Assembly (NCBI RefSeq): GCF_001194135.2
Contig: NC_069001.1
Location: 32,702,190-32,766,189 of the forward strand
DNA length: 64,000 nt
Reading direction: 5' to 3'
DNA from: Octopus bimaculoides
Lineage: Eukaryota
Shown here piece after piece: positions 63,961 through 64,000 of the stretch. A model generated the notes under the pieces. That model saw only the letters and a program-made list of their open reading frames with translations, ran no database searches and was not told the DNA's origin. The position numbers and the translations under genes were made by a program. The number at the start of each line of letters is the position of its first letter. The first letter of the stretch is position 1.

Positions 63961-64000
<40 letters not shown>

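Overview
AT-rich, repeat-dense eukaryotic genomic DNA from a gapped short-read scaffold. The SINE families and microsatellite load are typical of an octopus (inference). Two protein-coding genes point away from each other. (1) Minus strand: the 5' part of a metazoan chitin synthase. Three exons (3973-4121, 1804-2203, 1-609) join in frame through canonical GT-AG sites, encode the N-terminal transmembrane domain, and run off the left edge. (2) Plus strand: a complete MCRS1/MSP58 (microspherule protein 1) gene with 12 coding exons from 34057 to 56052, giving 1311 nt and 436 aa with a C-terminal FHA domain. Its promoter and first non-coding exon are probably near 12 kb. The rest is tRNA-derived SINEs, RTE and L1/Tx1 LINE remnants, Tc1/mariner and TTAA-flanked MITEs, a Penelope-like fragment, mini- and microsatellites, and N gaps. 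Best leads: MCRS1 codons that A-to-I editing would restore to conserved residues, a ~100-nt bistable intronic hairpin, a Penelope-type minimal hammerhead motif ~300 nt upstream of the MCRS1 ATG, a 35-bp minisatellite that multimerises DR2 nuclear-receptor sites, and a sharp CpG-depletion boundary near 15.9 kb. Repeat boundaries are approximate. Comparisons to human and fly proteins are from memory, not from a search.
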